A stretch of DNA of 64,000 nucleotides, taken from Alphaproteobacteria bacterium. Lineage in GTDB: Bacteria; Pseudomonadota; Alphaproteobacteria; MPNO01; UBA830. A program made the translations under genes and the position numbers. This document shows positions 52,743 through 63,295 of this stretch, piece by piece (position 1 is the stretch's first letter; each line of letters starts with the position of its first letter). The notes beneath the pieces are model-generated. The model searched no databases and had not been told where the DNA came from. It worked only from the letters and a program-made list of their open reading frames with translations. The stretch spans positions 256,001 to 320,000 of the forward strand of contig OZ219790.1 of the NCBI GenBank assembly GCA_964291215.2, written 5' to 3'.

Positions 52743-53402
52743 ATGACCGAATTGCCCGCCATCGACCTTCCGGCGATCGATTCCGCGGTGATCGTCGTCG
52801 ATATGCAGAATTCATACCTGCACCCGGATGGAGCGTTTGCGCGGCTCTGGCCGAAAATGAACGCGCTGCCCGAGTACGATCCGCAGCGCATGCGCCGGGC
52901 AATTCCCGGCTGCCGCCGGCTGATCCACGCCGCCCACCGGGAGCGGGTTCCAGTTATCTATCTCAAATGTGTTTACTGCCCGGACTATCGGGACGGCGAC
53001 ATTCTGATCCGGGAGGTATGGCCAGCGCTCAAGGATACCAATTTTGTGGCGGCCGGCACCTGGGAAGCCGAGATCGTCGAGGAGCTGACGCCGGCCGAAG
53101 ACAATTTCGTTGTCGAGGAATCGCGCTACAGCGGTTTCTACGCCACCCGCCTGGAAACCATGCTCCGCAGCCTCGGTGCCTCAACCCTGTATATGTGCGG
53201 CGTCGGCACCAGGCACTGCGTCGAGAGCACGGCGCGCGACGCGCATATGCGCAACTACCGGACGTTCATCGTCTCGGATGCGACGGCGGATGTGGGCGAG
53301 GACATGGAGCAAAGCGTCTTTGTCAGTTTCTCGGTGGGGTTCGGCTGGGTCGTGAGCGGCGACGAGATCGTCGCTTCTTGGCAAGCCGGCGGAAGATCGT
53401 AA
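52743..53402 (+). CDS. Isochorismatase-family cysteine hydrolase
   Basis: VVDMQN, RYSGF..T.LE..LR, G..T.HCVESTARDA. Confidence 0.9.
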   Translation: MTELPAIDLPAIDSAVIVVDMQNSYLHPDGAFARLWPKMNALPEYDPQRMRRAIPGCRRLIHAAHRERVPVIYLKCVYCPDYRDGDILIREVWPALKDTNFVAAGTWEAEIVEELTPAEDNFVVEESRYSGFYATRLETMLRSLGASTLYMCGVGTRHCVESTARDAHMRNYRTFIVSDATADVGEDMEQSVFVSFSVGFGWVVSGDEIVASWQAGGRS

Positions 53403-53477
53403 CGCTGGCGCGCCCGGTCGCCGGCTGCCGACGCCGATTCACTCGCCACCGCACCCGCGCCGGGAGCCCAGCCGCCG

Positions 53478-54332
53478 ATGGATCCGATCCTCACCACCAA
53501 CATCCTGAATGTGGTGTACGAGGTCTTCACCCTGGCGGTCGTCGTTCTCGGCCTTGCCGTCGTGTTCGGCCTGCTCGGCGTCATGAATCTCGCCCATGGC
53601 GAGTTCGTCATGATCGGCGCCTACTGCGCCTTCTTCGTCCAGACCCAGCAACTGCCGTTCCTCGCCGCCGTGCCCTTGGCGCTGCTCGTGTGCGGTTTCC
53701 TGGGGCTCGTCGTAGAGCGGCTGCTCGTACGTCCGCTCTACGCTCGTCCGTTCGATACGCTGCTGGCGACCTGGGGCCTGAGCATGCTGCTGCGCGAGGC
53801 CGTCGAGGCGGTCTACGGCCGGGCTTACCGCAGCGTCGCCACGCCGCTGACCGACAGCGTCGATGTGTTCGGCGCGGACTATCCGTCCTACCGCTTGCTG
53901 CTCACGATCGTTTCGATCGCGCTTGTCGGCGGGTTGGTCTGGTGGTTCGTGCGCAGCGCCACCGGCCGGCGCATCCGAGCCGTGGTCAACAATCCGGAAC
54001 TGGCCGGATCGGTGGGCATTCCGGTCACCGCACTGACGCGCAACACCTTCGTTTTCGGCTGCTGCCTCGCCGCTCTCGCCGGCGTGATGCTGGCACCGCT
54101 GCTGCCGGTCAACCCGACCCTGGGCCTGGATTTCATCCTCAAATCCTTCTTCGTCCTCGTGGTCGGCGGGCTCGGCAGCCTGGTTGGCCTGATCTCCGGC
54201 GCTGGCGTCATCGGCAGCGTCGAGGGCATCGTCAGCGCTTTCCTGGACCGGACCTACGGCTACACGACCGTCCTCATCATCGCGATCCTGTTCCTCTGGC
54301 TGCGCCCCAATGGCCTCTTTCCTCGGACATAG
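53478..54332 (+). CDS. Branched-chain/amide ABC permease (UrtB-like)
   Basis: GLLGVMNLAHGEFVMIGAY, TLLATWGLS, VVGGLGS. Confidence 0.9.
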   Translation: MDPILTTNILNVVYEVFTLAVVVLGLAVVFGLLGVMNLAHGEFVMIGAYCAFFVQTQQLPFLAAVPLALLVCGFLGLVVERLLVRPLYARPFDTLLATWGLSMLLREAVEAVYGRAYRSVATPLTDSVDVFGADYPSYRLLLTIVSIALVGGLVWWFVRSATGRRIRAVVNNPELAGSVGIPVTALTRNTFVFGCCLAALAGVMLAPLLPVNPTLGLDFILKSFFVLVVGGLGSLVGLISGAGVIGSVEGIVSAFLDRTYGYTTVLIIAILFLWLRPNGLFPRT

Positions 54333-56040
54333 CGCGGCCCTGGTCGCAGCGCTCGCCGTGCTGCCCCAGCTGGTCGGCGAATTCTGGGCCTACACGCTGG
54401 CGCTCTATTTCCTCTACGCCATTGCGTCGCTCGGCATCGGCCTGTGCTGGGGCCAGGCGGGGTTTCTGCCGCTCGGTCAGGCCATGTTCTTCGGCCTGGC
54501 GGCCTATCTGTCCGGCCTGTCGCTGATCCACTTCAAGGACAGCTGGATGCTATTGCTCCTGCTGCCGGCGGCGGCGCTGGCGCCGGGGCTGCTCGCCTAC
54601 GGCATCGGCCTGCTGGTGTTCCGCGGCCGGACGCTGAGCGGGCCGTTCTTCGCCATGATCACGCTGGCGCTCACCCTGCTCGCCTTCCAGATCGCCAACA
54701 GCTGGAACGACGTGACCGGCGGCTTCAACGGTCTCAAGAATATCCCCGGCCTGCCGGGGCTGAGCGACTTCACGGACCTCTACTACATCTCCGCGGTCGC
54801 GCTCGCCGCCTGTCTGCTCGGCATCGCTTGGTTGCGACGCGCGCCGGCCGGGGTCCTCTGGCAGGCAGTCGCCCAGAACGAGCAGCGAGTGCGCTTCTGC
54901 GGCTTCGCGGTGCAGAATGTGAAAGCTGCCGTGTTCGGCCTAAGCGGGGTGCTCGCTGGCATCGGCGGCGCCCTCTATGCACCCCAGCAAAACTTGGTTA
55001 CGCCGCAGTTGTGCGGCTTTCTCCTGTCGGCTGACCTGGTGATCTGGGCGGCGGTCGGCGGGCGAGCCACGCTCTACGGCCCGGTTGTCGGCACCGTCCT
55101 GATCGGCATCCTGACCGCCGACCTGCGCGACGAGATCAGCTATTGGGAGGTCATCCTCGCCGCCATTTTCATCGTCGTCGTGCTGTATTTCCGCCAGGGG
55201 TTGATGGGCTTCGTAGAGCCTCTGTTCGAGCGGCTGTCACGCCGCCGCGCCGACCGCGTTCTCGACAGCCCTCCCCGGCCCGAAGCGTCCGGCGATACCG
55301 GGTTTGCACTCGACGACGTGCGCGTGCGCATGGGCTCGGTCAGCATCCTGGAGGGGCTCGCCCTGACGATCGACCGGCCCGGCATTTATTGTCTGATCGG
55401 GCCGAATGGCGCGGGCAAGACATCCTGCTTCAACGCCATGACCGGGGAACTGCCCGTGCGCAGCGGGCAGATCCGCATCTTCGGCAAGGCGCGCACCGAC
55501 ATGGTGGCTGACCTGCTGAGCCGGATCGGTGTCGGGCGCAAGTTCCAGGCGCCGAGCCTGTTCCCGGGCCTCACCGTGGCGGAGAATTTCAATATCGGCC
55601 TGTGGGGTGGCCGGGCCCGCCTGCGCGATCTCGTCAGCATGCGCAGCCACGGCTGGTCCAGCGCCATCCTGCGCGAGGCGCAGAGCCGCTTTCCCTTCCT
55701 CGCCGAGGAGGACCGGCGCGCCGGCGACCTCTCGCACGGTCAGCGCCAGATCCTAGAACTAGTCATGGTCCTGATCGCAGAACCGCGGCTGCTGCTGCTG
55801 GACGAACCGTCGGCCGGCCTGTCGCCGACCGAAACTCAGGAGGTGATCGAGGCGATCCGCTGGGTCGGCGGACGGCTGAACGCCTGCACGGTGATCGTCG
55901 AGCACGACATGACCTTCGTGCGCGAACTGGCCGACCGCATTTTCGTATTGCACCAAGGCCGGCTGCTCGCGTCGGGCACGGTTGCGGAAATCCAGGCGGA
56001 TGAACGGGTCCGGGCCGTCTATGTCGGAGCTTCGGCATGA
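54310..56040 (+). CDS. Fused ABC permease/ATP-binding protein (UrtC-UrtD-like)
   Basis: WGQAGFLPLGQ..FFG permease followed by GPNGAGKT, LSHGQ, LLLLDEP; exact start uncertain. Confidence 0.88.
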   Translation: MASFLGHSAALVAALAVLPQLVGEFWAYTLALYFLYAIASLGIGLCWGQAGFLPLGQAMFFGLAAYLSGLSLIHFKDSWMLLLLLPAAALAPGLLAYGIGLLVFRGRTLSGPFFAMITLALTLLAFQIANSWNDVTGGFNGLKNIPGLPGLSDFTDLYYISAVALAACLLGIAWLRRAPAGVLWQAVAQNEQRVRFCGFAVQNVKAAVFGLSGVLAGIGGALYAPQQNLVTPQLCGFLLSADLVIWAAVGGRATLYGPVVGTVLIGILTADLRDEISYWEVILAAIFIVVVLYFRQGLMGFVEPLFERLSRRRADRVLDSPPRPEASGDTGFALDDVRVRMGSVSILEGLALTIDRPGIYCLIGPNGAGKTSCFNAMTGELPVRSGQIRIFGKARTDMVADLLSRIGVGRKFQAPSLFPGLTVAENFNIGLWGGRARLRDLVSMRSHGWSSAILREAQSRFPFLAEEDRRAGDLSHGQRQILELVMVLIAEPRLLLLDEPSAGLSPTETQEVIEAIRWVGGRLNACTVIVEHDMTFVRELADRIFVLHQGRLLASGTVAEIQADERVRAVYVGASA

Positions 56041-56744
56041 ACGGGGGTGTGAGCGGGCCGCTGTTTTCCTTCTCCGGCGTCACCGGCGGCTACGGCGCGA
56101 CCACGATCGTCCGGTCAGCCGACGGCGAGGTCTCGCGGGGCGAGGCCTGTTGCGTGCTCGGCCGCAACGGCGTTGGCAAGACGACCCTGATGCGCCTGCT
56201 CACCGGCCATCTGCCGCTCCAGTCGGGCTCGGTACGATTCGACGGGCAATTGCTGGACGGACTGCCGCCCGACCGGCGCCACGGCCTGGGGCTGATCTAT
56301 TGCCCCCAAGAACGGCCGGTGTTCGACAATCTCTCAATCCGTGAAAACCTGACCCTGATGGCGCCGGCTATCGACGAAGGCCGCTACGCTCCGTTCTTCG
56401 CTGCCTTTCCGATCCTCGAAGCCCGGATAGCCCAGTCGGCCGGCACACTGAGCGGCGGCGAACGGAAAATCCTGTCATTCGTGCGCGCCGTCGCCGAATC
56501 CGGGCGATTGCTCCTGCTCGACGAGCCGAGCGAAGGCGTGCAGCAGGAAAATGTCGAACGGATGGCCGGCTTCCTGCATGAGGCCAAGGCCGCGGGACGG
56601 GCTCTCCTGATCGTCGAACAGAATCTCGCCTTCGCCCTCGACATCGCCGACCTGGTGATCGTCATGGATCGCGGCGAGGTCGTTCTCGCCGGCACCGCGG
56701 CGGACCTGACCGAAGAGACGCTGGCAGCGCACATGCATGTGTGA
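56037..56744 (+). CDS. ABC ATP-binding protein (UrtE/LivF-like)
   Basis: GRNGVGKTT, LSGGE, LLLDEP. Confidence 0.9.
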   Translation: MNGGVSGPLFSFSGVTGGYGATTIVRSADGEVSRGEACCVLGRNGVGKTTLMRLLTGHLPLQSGSVRFDGQLLDGLPPDRRHGLGLIYCPQERPVFDNLSIRENLTLMAPAIDEGRYAPFFAAFPILEARIAQSAGTLSGGERKILSFVRAVAESGRLLLLDEPSEGVQQENVERMAGFLHEAKAAGRALLIVEQNLAFALDIADLVIVMDRGEVVLAGTAADLTEETLAAHMHV

Positions 56745-56775
56745 GAACGGAAGTGTAGGGGTGTCGGCGGCGATT

Positions 56776-57150
56776 CAGAACGGTGGGATTTCGGCGGTGA
56801 ACCGCGCTTTTGAGCGGTTGGCTGTGTGGATTGGGCGAACACAGGTACGAGGACATGCGGCGTTGACGAGAGGCCGCACGGTCTTCGTTTTCTGCCTGTT
56901 GTCGGGTCCTGGTGTTGATGATGTCGTTCCAGTCGGCGTTTTCTGGCGGTCGGCGTCTGTGGAGCGTGACGCGAGGGGGACCTTCAGCCTTGTGCGCAGG
57001 GTTTCGGCCTGACGTTCTCCGGCCTCGTCGTGGTCCTGCGCGAGGACGATGGTCCTGACGTTGGGAAGGCTCCTTGCGACGAGGCTGATCTGTTGGTGCT
57101 GGCGTCGCGAGGGCGCCCCGGGCCCGGACAACAGGACCCAGGCGACAGGG
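56776..57150 (-). pseudogene. Toprim (primase-like) domain fragment
   Basis: IVLAQDHDEAGERQA, then DWNDI in a shifted frame. Confidence 0.55.
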
Positions 57151-57179
57151 AAGGCAGACGATCCCGCGAATCGCCAAAA

Positions 57180-57400
57180 TCCCGCCGTTTTATGCAACCG
57201 ACAACAGACGCTCTGCCCTCCAGCAAGAAGCTTCTGCTCGACATCGTTCGCATGATCGCCTACCGCGCCGAGACCCGGATGATGTCCGCCGTCGCCGTGG
57301 CGCAGGGCGCAAAGCAGCGTCCGCGACGCCCCCTCGCCGAACTGTTCCAGTCGGACGCCGACATCATCCCCGACCCGGAGAACCAAGACTCTTCTTTTGT
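57180..57400 (+). mobile_element. Transposase C-terminal fragment
   Basis: KKLLLDIVRMIAYRAET...LFQSDADIIPD. Confidence 0.6.
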
Positions 57401-57401
57401 C

Positions 57402-57478
57402 ACCCCCGTTCCATAGTGAATTGCAACACATGATGGGCTGTGACCATGTGTTTTTAGACACATGATGTTGCGGAGCGG
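57402..57478 (+). mobile_element. IS30 left-end remnant
   Basis: Near-identical to about 42509-42585; cut by the IS256 end. Confidence 0.75.
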
Positions 57479-59946
57479 GATTACGCAAACTGATGTCTGG
57501 AAATTGTCGTGAAGCTGATCGAGCTGTTCCCATTTGATCTTGGTTTCGGTTTCCCATTTTTCGTCGATGAGGACCGCGGTTGAGAGGCGCTCCAACGAGG
57601 CGAGGTTTGGAAAGACCCTGACTTTGGAGGTGCGCCGCTTGAGCTCTTGCTGGATCGGTCGCTCGATGCCGTTCGAGGTTCGCATACGTTTGTGGTGAGC
57701 ATCGGGCAAGGTGAAGACAGCGAGCCCCGCATTGTTTTCCAGCCAGGAAGCCTGGATGCTTGTCGCGATAGCTGGCCACGAGGGCGCCCAGTTCAGCCTC
57801 GGCGGTTTGGAGTGAGGAGGCATGGCTCCGAGCTGTTTTCCAATACGTTTCCTGATGTCGTTGTTCGGTGCACGGCGTTTTGCGCCAAGTGGAATTGGCA
57901 GCGCTGCCATGTCGCCGCGCCCAGCACCGCGCGTCGTGCCGCTTTCAGCCCGGCATCCGAGACAATGAAGGTCGTACCATGCAGGGCTAGCAAGCTTTCC
58001 AGGAAGGCTCTCCAATGGACCTCGGCCTCGGAGAGCGCCACAGAGAGCCCCAGAACGTGCCTGCAGCCCCTATTCCGATGGCCGAGAGTACTGCGACATC
58101 GCGCACAACGCCGTCATGGCGGGCTTTTTCGTAGCGCGCATCCAGGATCAGGTATTTCATCAGGGGCCGGTTGCGCGGTGAGTTCTTCATCGAGCAACTT
58201 GGTGGCCCGGCTGACCTGAGAAGAGGACAGGCTCCCGAACTCGCGCATTACATCCTGCCGCGTGGAAACACCCTTGATGTACATCTCGGCTACGGCCACG
58301 GCGCGAGAAGATCGCTGGCCGCGTTCAAGCGACTGGGGGGGTCGTCCCCGTGACCGTTTGGCACCTGAACGGCAACAGCGGGGGTGTCGATCCGCTTGTA
58401 GCCGTTGGCATAGCCCTGTCGCTCCGGTGGCCCGCTTTCAAGTACTGCTCGCGCTCGATTTGCATCGCAAGCTCGAAGAGCTGGCCAAAGACCCGCCCCA
58501 GATCCGTTGCTCCGTTTGCGATCAGATGTTCCAAAACAGTCCCGATCGTCGTAGTGTGTCGCAGGTCCATTCGCTTCCTCCATGAATGTTTCCAACTCCA
58601 TGGGATAGCACGATGGCGCCGCGTTTCACTGGGGGGCTAGTAGTCCACCGGCATTGTATTGATGGTTTTTTGTGGGTAGTATTTCCGTGTCGGCGTTCGT
58701 TGGAATCCGGACAGTACCGATATCCACATGGGCAGATGCCGAACAGGCAGGCAGCCCCATGCGCAGGTCCGGACAACGGGCATGTCCGCAGGTCTTCGGC
58801 GCAATGACAGGAGCGGCGCATATGGCCAACTCTCGGGGCAGGAAGCTCTACCGCGTGACCCTTTCAACGCAGGAGCGCCAGGATCTGAAGGCGATCGTCG
58901 ACGGCACCGGGGCCGCCTGGCGTCGGCGCCGGGCACAGGTCCTGATGCTGAGGGGCGCGACGGCGCTCGGCTTGTCGATGCCGACATAGGGCTGGGCATC
59001 GGCACGGCGACGGTCGAGCGCTTGCGCTGCGTCCTGGAGGGGCTGGACGCCGCCCTCAGCCGCAAGGAGCAGGTGAACCGCCGGCCGAAACGGGGGCGAT
59101 GGAGGCGAAGCTGGTCGCCCTGCTCATCCCCGCCCGAGGGCTGTGGACGCTGAAGCTGCTCGCCGGCCGTCTGGTGGAGATCGTCGAGCGCATTTCGGAA
59201 GAGACGGTCAGGAAGACGCTAAAAAAAGGAGATCAAGCCGTGGCTGAACTGGTGCATTCCACCGCACCGGAGCGCACAGTTCGTGGCAGCGATGGAGGAC
59301 ATGCTTGACATTTATCAGCGGGACTTTGCCAGGGACGAGGTGCTGGTGTGCGAAACCAGCCGGCAGCAGACGAAGGAAACCCGCATCCCCCGGTCAGCCG
59401 GAGGTGGTCGACTATGAATATGAACGCAACGGTACGGCCAACCTCTTCATGGCCTTTGCGCCCAACGAAAACTGGCGCACGGTGAAAGTCACCGACCGCC
59501 GCGGGACTGGGCGCACTTCATCCGGGAGCTTGCCGACGATCATTTCCCCGACAGGAAGATCGTGCTGGACAATCTGAACACGCACAGTCACTGTATGAAG
59601 CCTTCGAGCCCGAGGAGGCGGGTACGAAAGCGGTTCGAGTTTCGCTATACGCCGAAGCACGGAAGCTGGCTCAACATGGCCGAGATCAAGATCGGCGCAC
59701 TGTCGCGGCAATGCCTTCGGCGACGCATTCCCGACCGCGACACCATGCTGCGGGAGACCGTGGCGTGGGTCGAGCGCCGCAATGCGGCCGATGTCACTGT
59801 CGACTGGCGTTTCACGACGAAGGATGCCCGGACGAAACTGAAGTCACTATATCCGTCAATACAATAATGTTAGACTACTAGCCCCCCAGTGAAACGCCTC
59901 AAAGCGCAAACCTCAGACAAATTTCCAGACATCAAGTTACAGTACC
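57479..59946 (-). mobile_element. IS256-family element copy 4 with nested IS630
   Basis: Reverse complement of the copy 1 architecture. Confidence 0.9.
58637..59881 (+). mobile_element. IS630-family element nested in IS256
   Basis: CTAG at both ends; close homologue of 5804-7060. Confidence 0.9.
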
Positions 59947-60225
59947 GTCTCGCAAGCGCCCGGGCCGGCAGCAAGAGGAACGCTGACGGTGATCCGGTGC
60001 ACAACTTCCGTACCCTGATCGACGATCTCGCCATCCTCACCCGCAACACCGTGGCGCCCCGCCTTGCGGGCGCCGAATCCTTCCAGCTCACCTCGCGGCC
60101 CACGCCGGTCCAGAAAAAGGCCCTCGATCTCCTGGGCGTAAAGCCCTGGTGTACCCGGACCGCTGAAATTTATTGAATGTGATTTCTATCAGGCACTTAC
60201 GTCTGATCGGCTCTGGAACTTCGGG
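59947..60225 (+). mobile_element. IS1634-like transposase C-terminal remnant
   Basis: DGDPVHNFRTLIDDLAILTRNTV...PTPVQKKALDLLGV. Confidence 0.7.
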
Positions 60226-60357
60226 TGAGAAGCTGGCAGCTGCCCGCTCAGCCGTGCACGAAATCACTCCGGGTGACTCTGGAACTCCCTAACAAAAGCC
60301 CGTCAAACGGACGAAAACAACAACACCTCACCGCACGAACGAACGCTTACCTTCGGT

Positions 60358-63291
60358 CTAGACGACCTGACGCTGCGCCAGGTCAGCAAAGAGGCCGCCT
60401 CGAGCCATGAGCTCTTCATACTGACCGGTCTCGACGATTCGGCCCTCCTTCATCACGAATATCCTGTCGGCATCGCGGATCGTGCTAAGCCGATGGGCGA
60501 TAACGATGCGCGTGATGTTGAGTGTCCGGAGCGATTCCTGAACTGTCAATTGAGTTCGATTGTCAAGAGCACTGGTCGCCTCATCGAACAGCATGATCCG
60601 CGGCTTACGGGCCAAAGCGCGGGCGATCAGCACCCTTTGCTTCTGTCCGCCGGATAGTCCTGTGCCGCCTTCAGGCAGCACCGTATGCATCCCCATCGGC
60701 ATGGCCCGGATATCGTCCTCAAGTCCTGCAGCCCGGGCGGCCGTCCAGGCATCCTCCATGGTCAACGAAGAAGAGCCCGAAACATTCTCCAGAATGCTCG
60801 CGGCAACCAGCTTGCTGTCCTGCATTACAACCCCCATCAGGTTCCGGATCGTTGGAAGGTCGAGATGCAGGAGGTCATAACCATCAATCAAAACCGCTCC
60901 CGAATCGGGGCGTTCAAAGCCGAGCAGCAGACGATAGAGCGTCGATTTCCCGGAACCGGACGGCCCGACGAATGCCACATAATCGCCTTGCCGGATCCGG
61001 AAGGATACATCGTCCACCGCGTTGGGCGCGTCCGGCAGATAGCGGAAGGTAACCCGAGTAAACTCGATATGTCCTGTGAGGTCGGTCGGGACGAAACTGC
61101 CGACGCTGCTCTCAGGCGGAGATTCGAGGATCGGTCGGACGCGCTCGAACAGCGGGACGGTGCTGCTGATCGTCGTCCACGAGCCGGTCAGGGCAACGAT
61201 CGAGGCGGCAAACTGTCCGAACGCCGCATTGAAGGACAGGAAGTCGGCAATGTCGAAGGATTCCTGCGCCCCACCTTCGATGAGCGAATACCATATAAAG
61301 GCAAAGAGAACGAGTAGGGACACCGGCATGAACATTGCATTCACGGAGTGCTGTCCGGCTCCCCATAATCGCGCGGTGAGCGTGGCACGCCGCTGGGCGG
61401 CGAACTGCTGCGCCCATAGCGCAAGCGCATAAAATTCGGCGTTCGCCATCCGGAGCTTGCCCACCCCGGTGATCATCTGAAAGACGAACCCGTCGATAAG
61501 TCCCTGTGTACGAAACGCAGTGCGGTAGGAACGCACTTGGCGGCCTACCAGAAACCATGATGCTGCGACCAGCGCGAGCGAGATGCCGAACGCGCAGAGG
61601 GCAAGTGTCCAGCTGTAGTAGAAGAGCAGCAAGAGGCTGAAGACGGAGAACAGGCTGCTGACCAGCCCATGCACGGTGGCTCCGGTCAGCAGTTGTCGGA
61701 TCATGCCGACGCCATTTGCCCGGTCCGCGAGGTCGCCCACGGTAAAGCGGCGGAAAAACGATGTCGGCAAGGAAACCAGCCGGTTCCACACGGAGGATTG
61801 GAGCTGTTCGTCGATCCGGCCCTCGACCCGTAACGCCGCCAAGGCGCCCACGACATCGAACGCCGCGGCGCCTAGCGCACCCAGTCCAAGCGCGCCGAGC
61901 GCAGCGATCCACATCTCCGTGTCCCCGCGCGGAATGATCTCGGCCAGCAACTCGCCTGTGATGATCGGTGTCAAGAGGGCGACCAGGCTGCCCAGGACGG
62001 CCATTGCCGCCAGGAGCCGGAAGTCCCTTCCGCACCGGCGCAAGGCGTGAAACAGCGCCGCCAGGCCGGTCCGGACATGGTCCGGCAGGGGAGCGTACAG
62101 CATGAAGGCGCGACGTTCGATTCCCGCGGCGGCCTTGCGGTCGACAGCCCAGGTCCGCCCGGCCGCCGGATCGACGGCGCGGTAGGAGCCGCGGCCGTTC
62201 GAAAGTACCGCCAGCGGCCGCGCCTCATCGGTCGAATGCCCGACGAAGGAGGGCCCGTGGCGCTTGGGCCAGTCGTCCGCAAGCGCTATCTCGCGCGTCC
62301 TCATCCCGGAAAGACGGACGAACGAGGCGAGGACTCTCGCGTCGACCGCCTCGTTCGCTTGGCCGCTGTCCGGGGCAGCGTTCAGATTGCCGCCGAGGGA
62401 CCTAGCGACCAGACTCGCCGCCGTGAACAAGGGTGCGCGGTTGGCTGTCGGCGCCGCAATCTCGTCGCCTGCCGACGTGTTCAGGACCTCGCCGATGCCC
62501 CGGAGGATCGTCGATGTGACCGCCTCGCGGTCCTTGCGGCGAGTCCGGTTGCGTTCCCGGGTGGCGGTGACGTCCCTTTCGTCGACGAGCAGCGCCGATC
62601 TCAGCAGCAGCGTGCTGAACCGGTCCAGGGCCGGCCAGAGCCGGTCCGTGCCCAAGAGCGCCGGTGTGTGCACCGCCGAGACCTCGGTGTCGGCGGCGAG
62701 ATGCAACCAGGTCCATTCCGACAGCGGCAGAAGCGCCCCCGCCTCGACGGCGAACTCCCGGTTTCCGAGGAAATGGGTCGACCGGTCGGCCGAGACCCAG
62801 ATCACGTCCGAATGATGCGCGCCCACCGCGAGGCCGGCGGGGTAGGACACGTTCGGATCGGCTTCGAGCAACTGTATGTCGCGCGGCGGCAGAAGCTGGT
62901 TTCGGGACAGAAACTCCGACAGGTTCGATACCCACCCGTCGATGAGGGCGACCGTGCCGATACTCAACGCTCCTTCGGCGTTGAGTATCGATCGTTCCGT
63001 CTCCATGATGGAAGCGTCTCGAGACGGAACGGCCAAGAAGGAGAACTTCTCCTGACCGGACTCGGCGCTTTCCAGCGCCGGTCCGTCAAGGGCGGCCTGG
63101 CCGGCGACGACACGGGTAATGAAGGGGCTGCGGTGGAGCGGCAGGCCGCCACTGCTCCTGACCGCGAAAATGTCCAGATAGCCCCGGGCGACAATGACGA
63201 TGCGCTTGGGACCGTTCAGAACGATGGGGCTGAACGCGCCCGTTTCCCGGGCCGGGCCGGAAATGCGCCCGATGGAGTCGGGTACGAGCAC
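60358..63291 (-). CDS. NHLP/Nif11-type bacteriocin export ABC transporter, permease/ATPase subunit
   Basis: Long N-terminal region, SGMRTREIAL..DW...GP, ABC membrane domain, GPSGSGKST, LSGGQKQR. Confidence 0.85.
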   Translation of the reverse strand: MLVPDSIGRISGPARETGAFSPIVLNGPKRIVIVARGYLDIFAVRSSGGLPLHRSPFITRVVAGQAALDGPALESAESGQEKFSFLAVPSRDASIMETERSILNAEGALSIGTVALIDGWVSNLSEFLSRNQLLPPRDIQLLEADPNVSYPAGLAVGAHHSDVIWVSADRSTHFLGNREFAVEAGALLPLSEWTWLHLAADTEVSAVHTPALLGTDRLWPALDRFSTLLLRSALLVDERDVTATRERNRTRRKDREAVTSTILRGIGEVLNTSAGDEIAAPTANRAPLFTAASLVARSLGGNLNAAPDSGQANEAVDARVLASFVRLSGMRTREIALADDWPKRHGPSFVGHSTDEARPLAVLSNGRGSYRAVDPAAGRTWAVDRKAAAGIERRAFMLYAPLPDHVRTGLAALFHALRRCGRDFRLLAAMAVLGSLVALLTPIITGELLAEIIPRGDTEMWIAALGALGLGALGAAAFDVVGALAALRVEGRIDEQLQSSVWNRLVSLPTSFFRRFTVGDLADRANGVGMIRQLLTGATVHGLVSSLFSVFSLLLLFYYSWTLALCAFGISLALVAASWFLVGRQVRSYRTAFRTQGLIDGFVFQMITGVGKLRMANAEFYALALWAQQFAAQRRATLTARLWGAGQHSVNAMFMPVSLLVLFAFIWYSLIEGGAQESFDIADFLSFNAAFGQFAASIVALTGSWTTISSTVPLFERVRPILESPPESSVGSFVPTDLTGHIEFTRVTFRYLPDAPNAVDDVSFRIRQGDYVAFVGPSGSGKSTLYRLLLGFERPDSGAVLIDGYDLLHLDLPTIRNLMGVVMQDSKLVAASILENVSGSSSLTMEDAWTAARAAGLEDDIRAMPMGMHTVLPEGGTGLSGGQKQRVLIARALARKPRIMLFDEATSALDNRTQLTVQESLRTLNITRIVIAHRLSTIRDADRIFVMKEGRIVETGQYEELMARGGLFADLAQRQVV

Positions 63292-63295
63292 GCTC

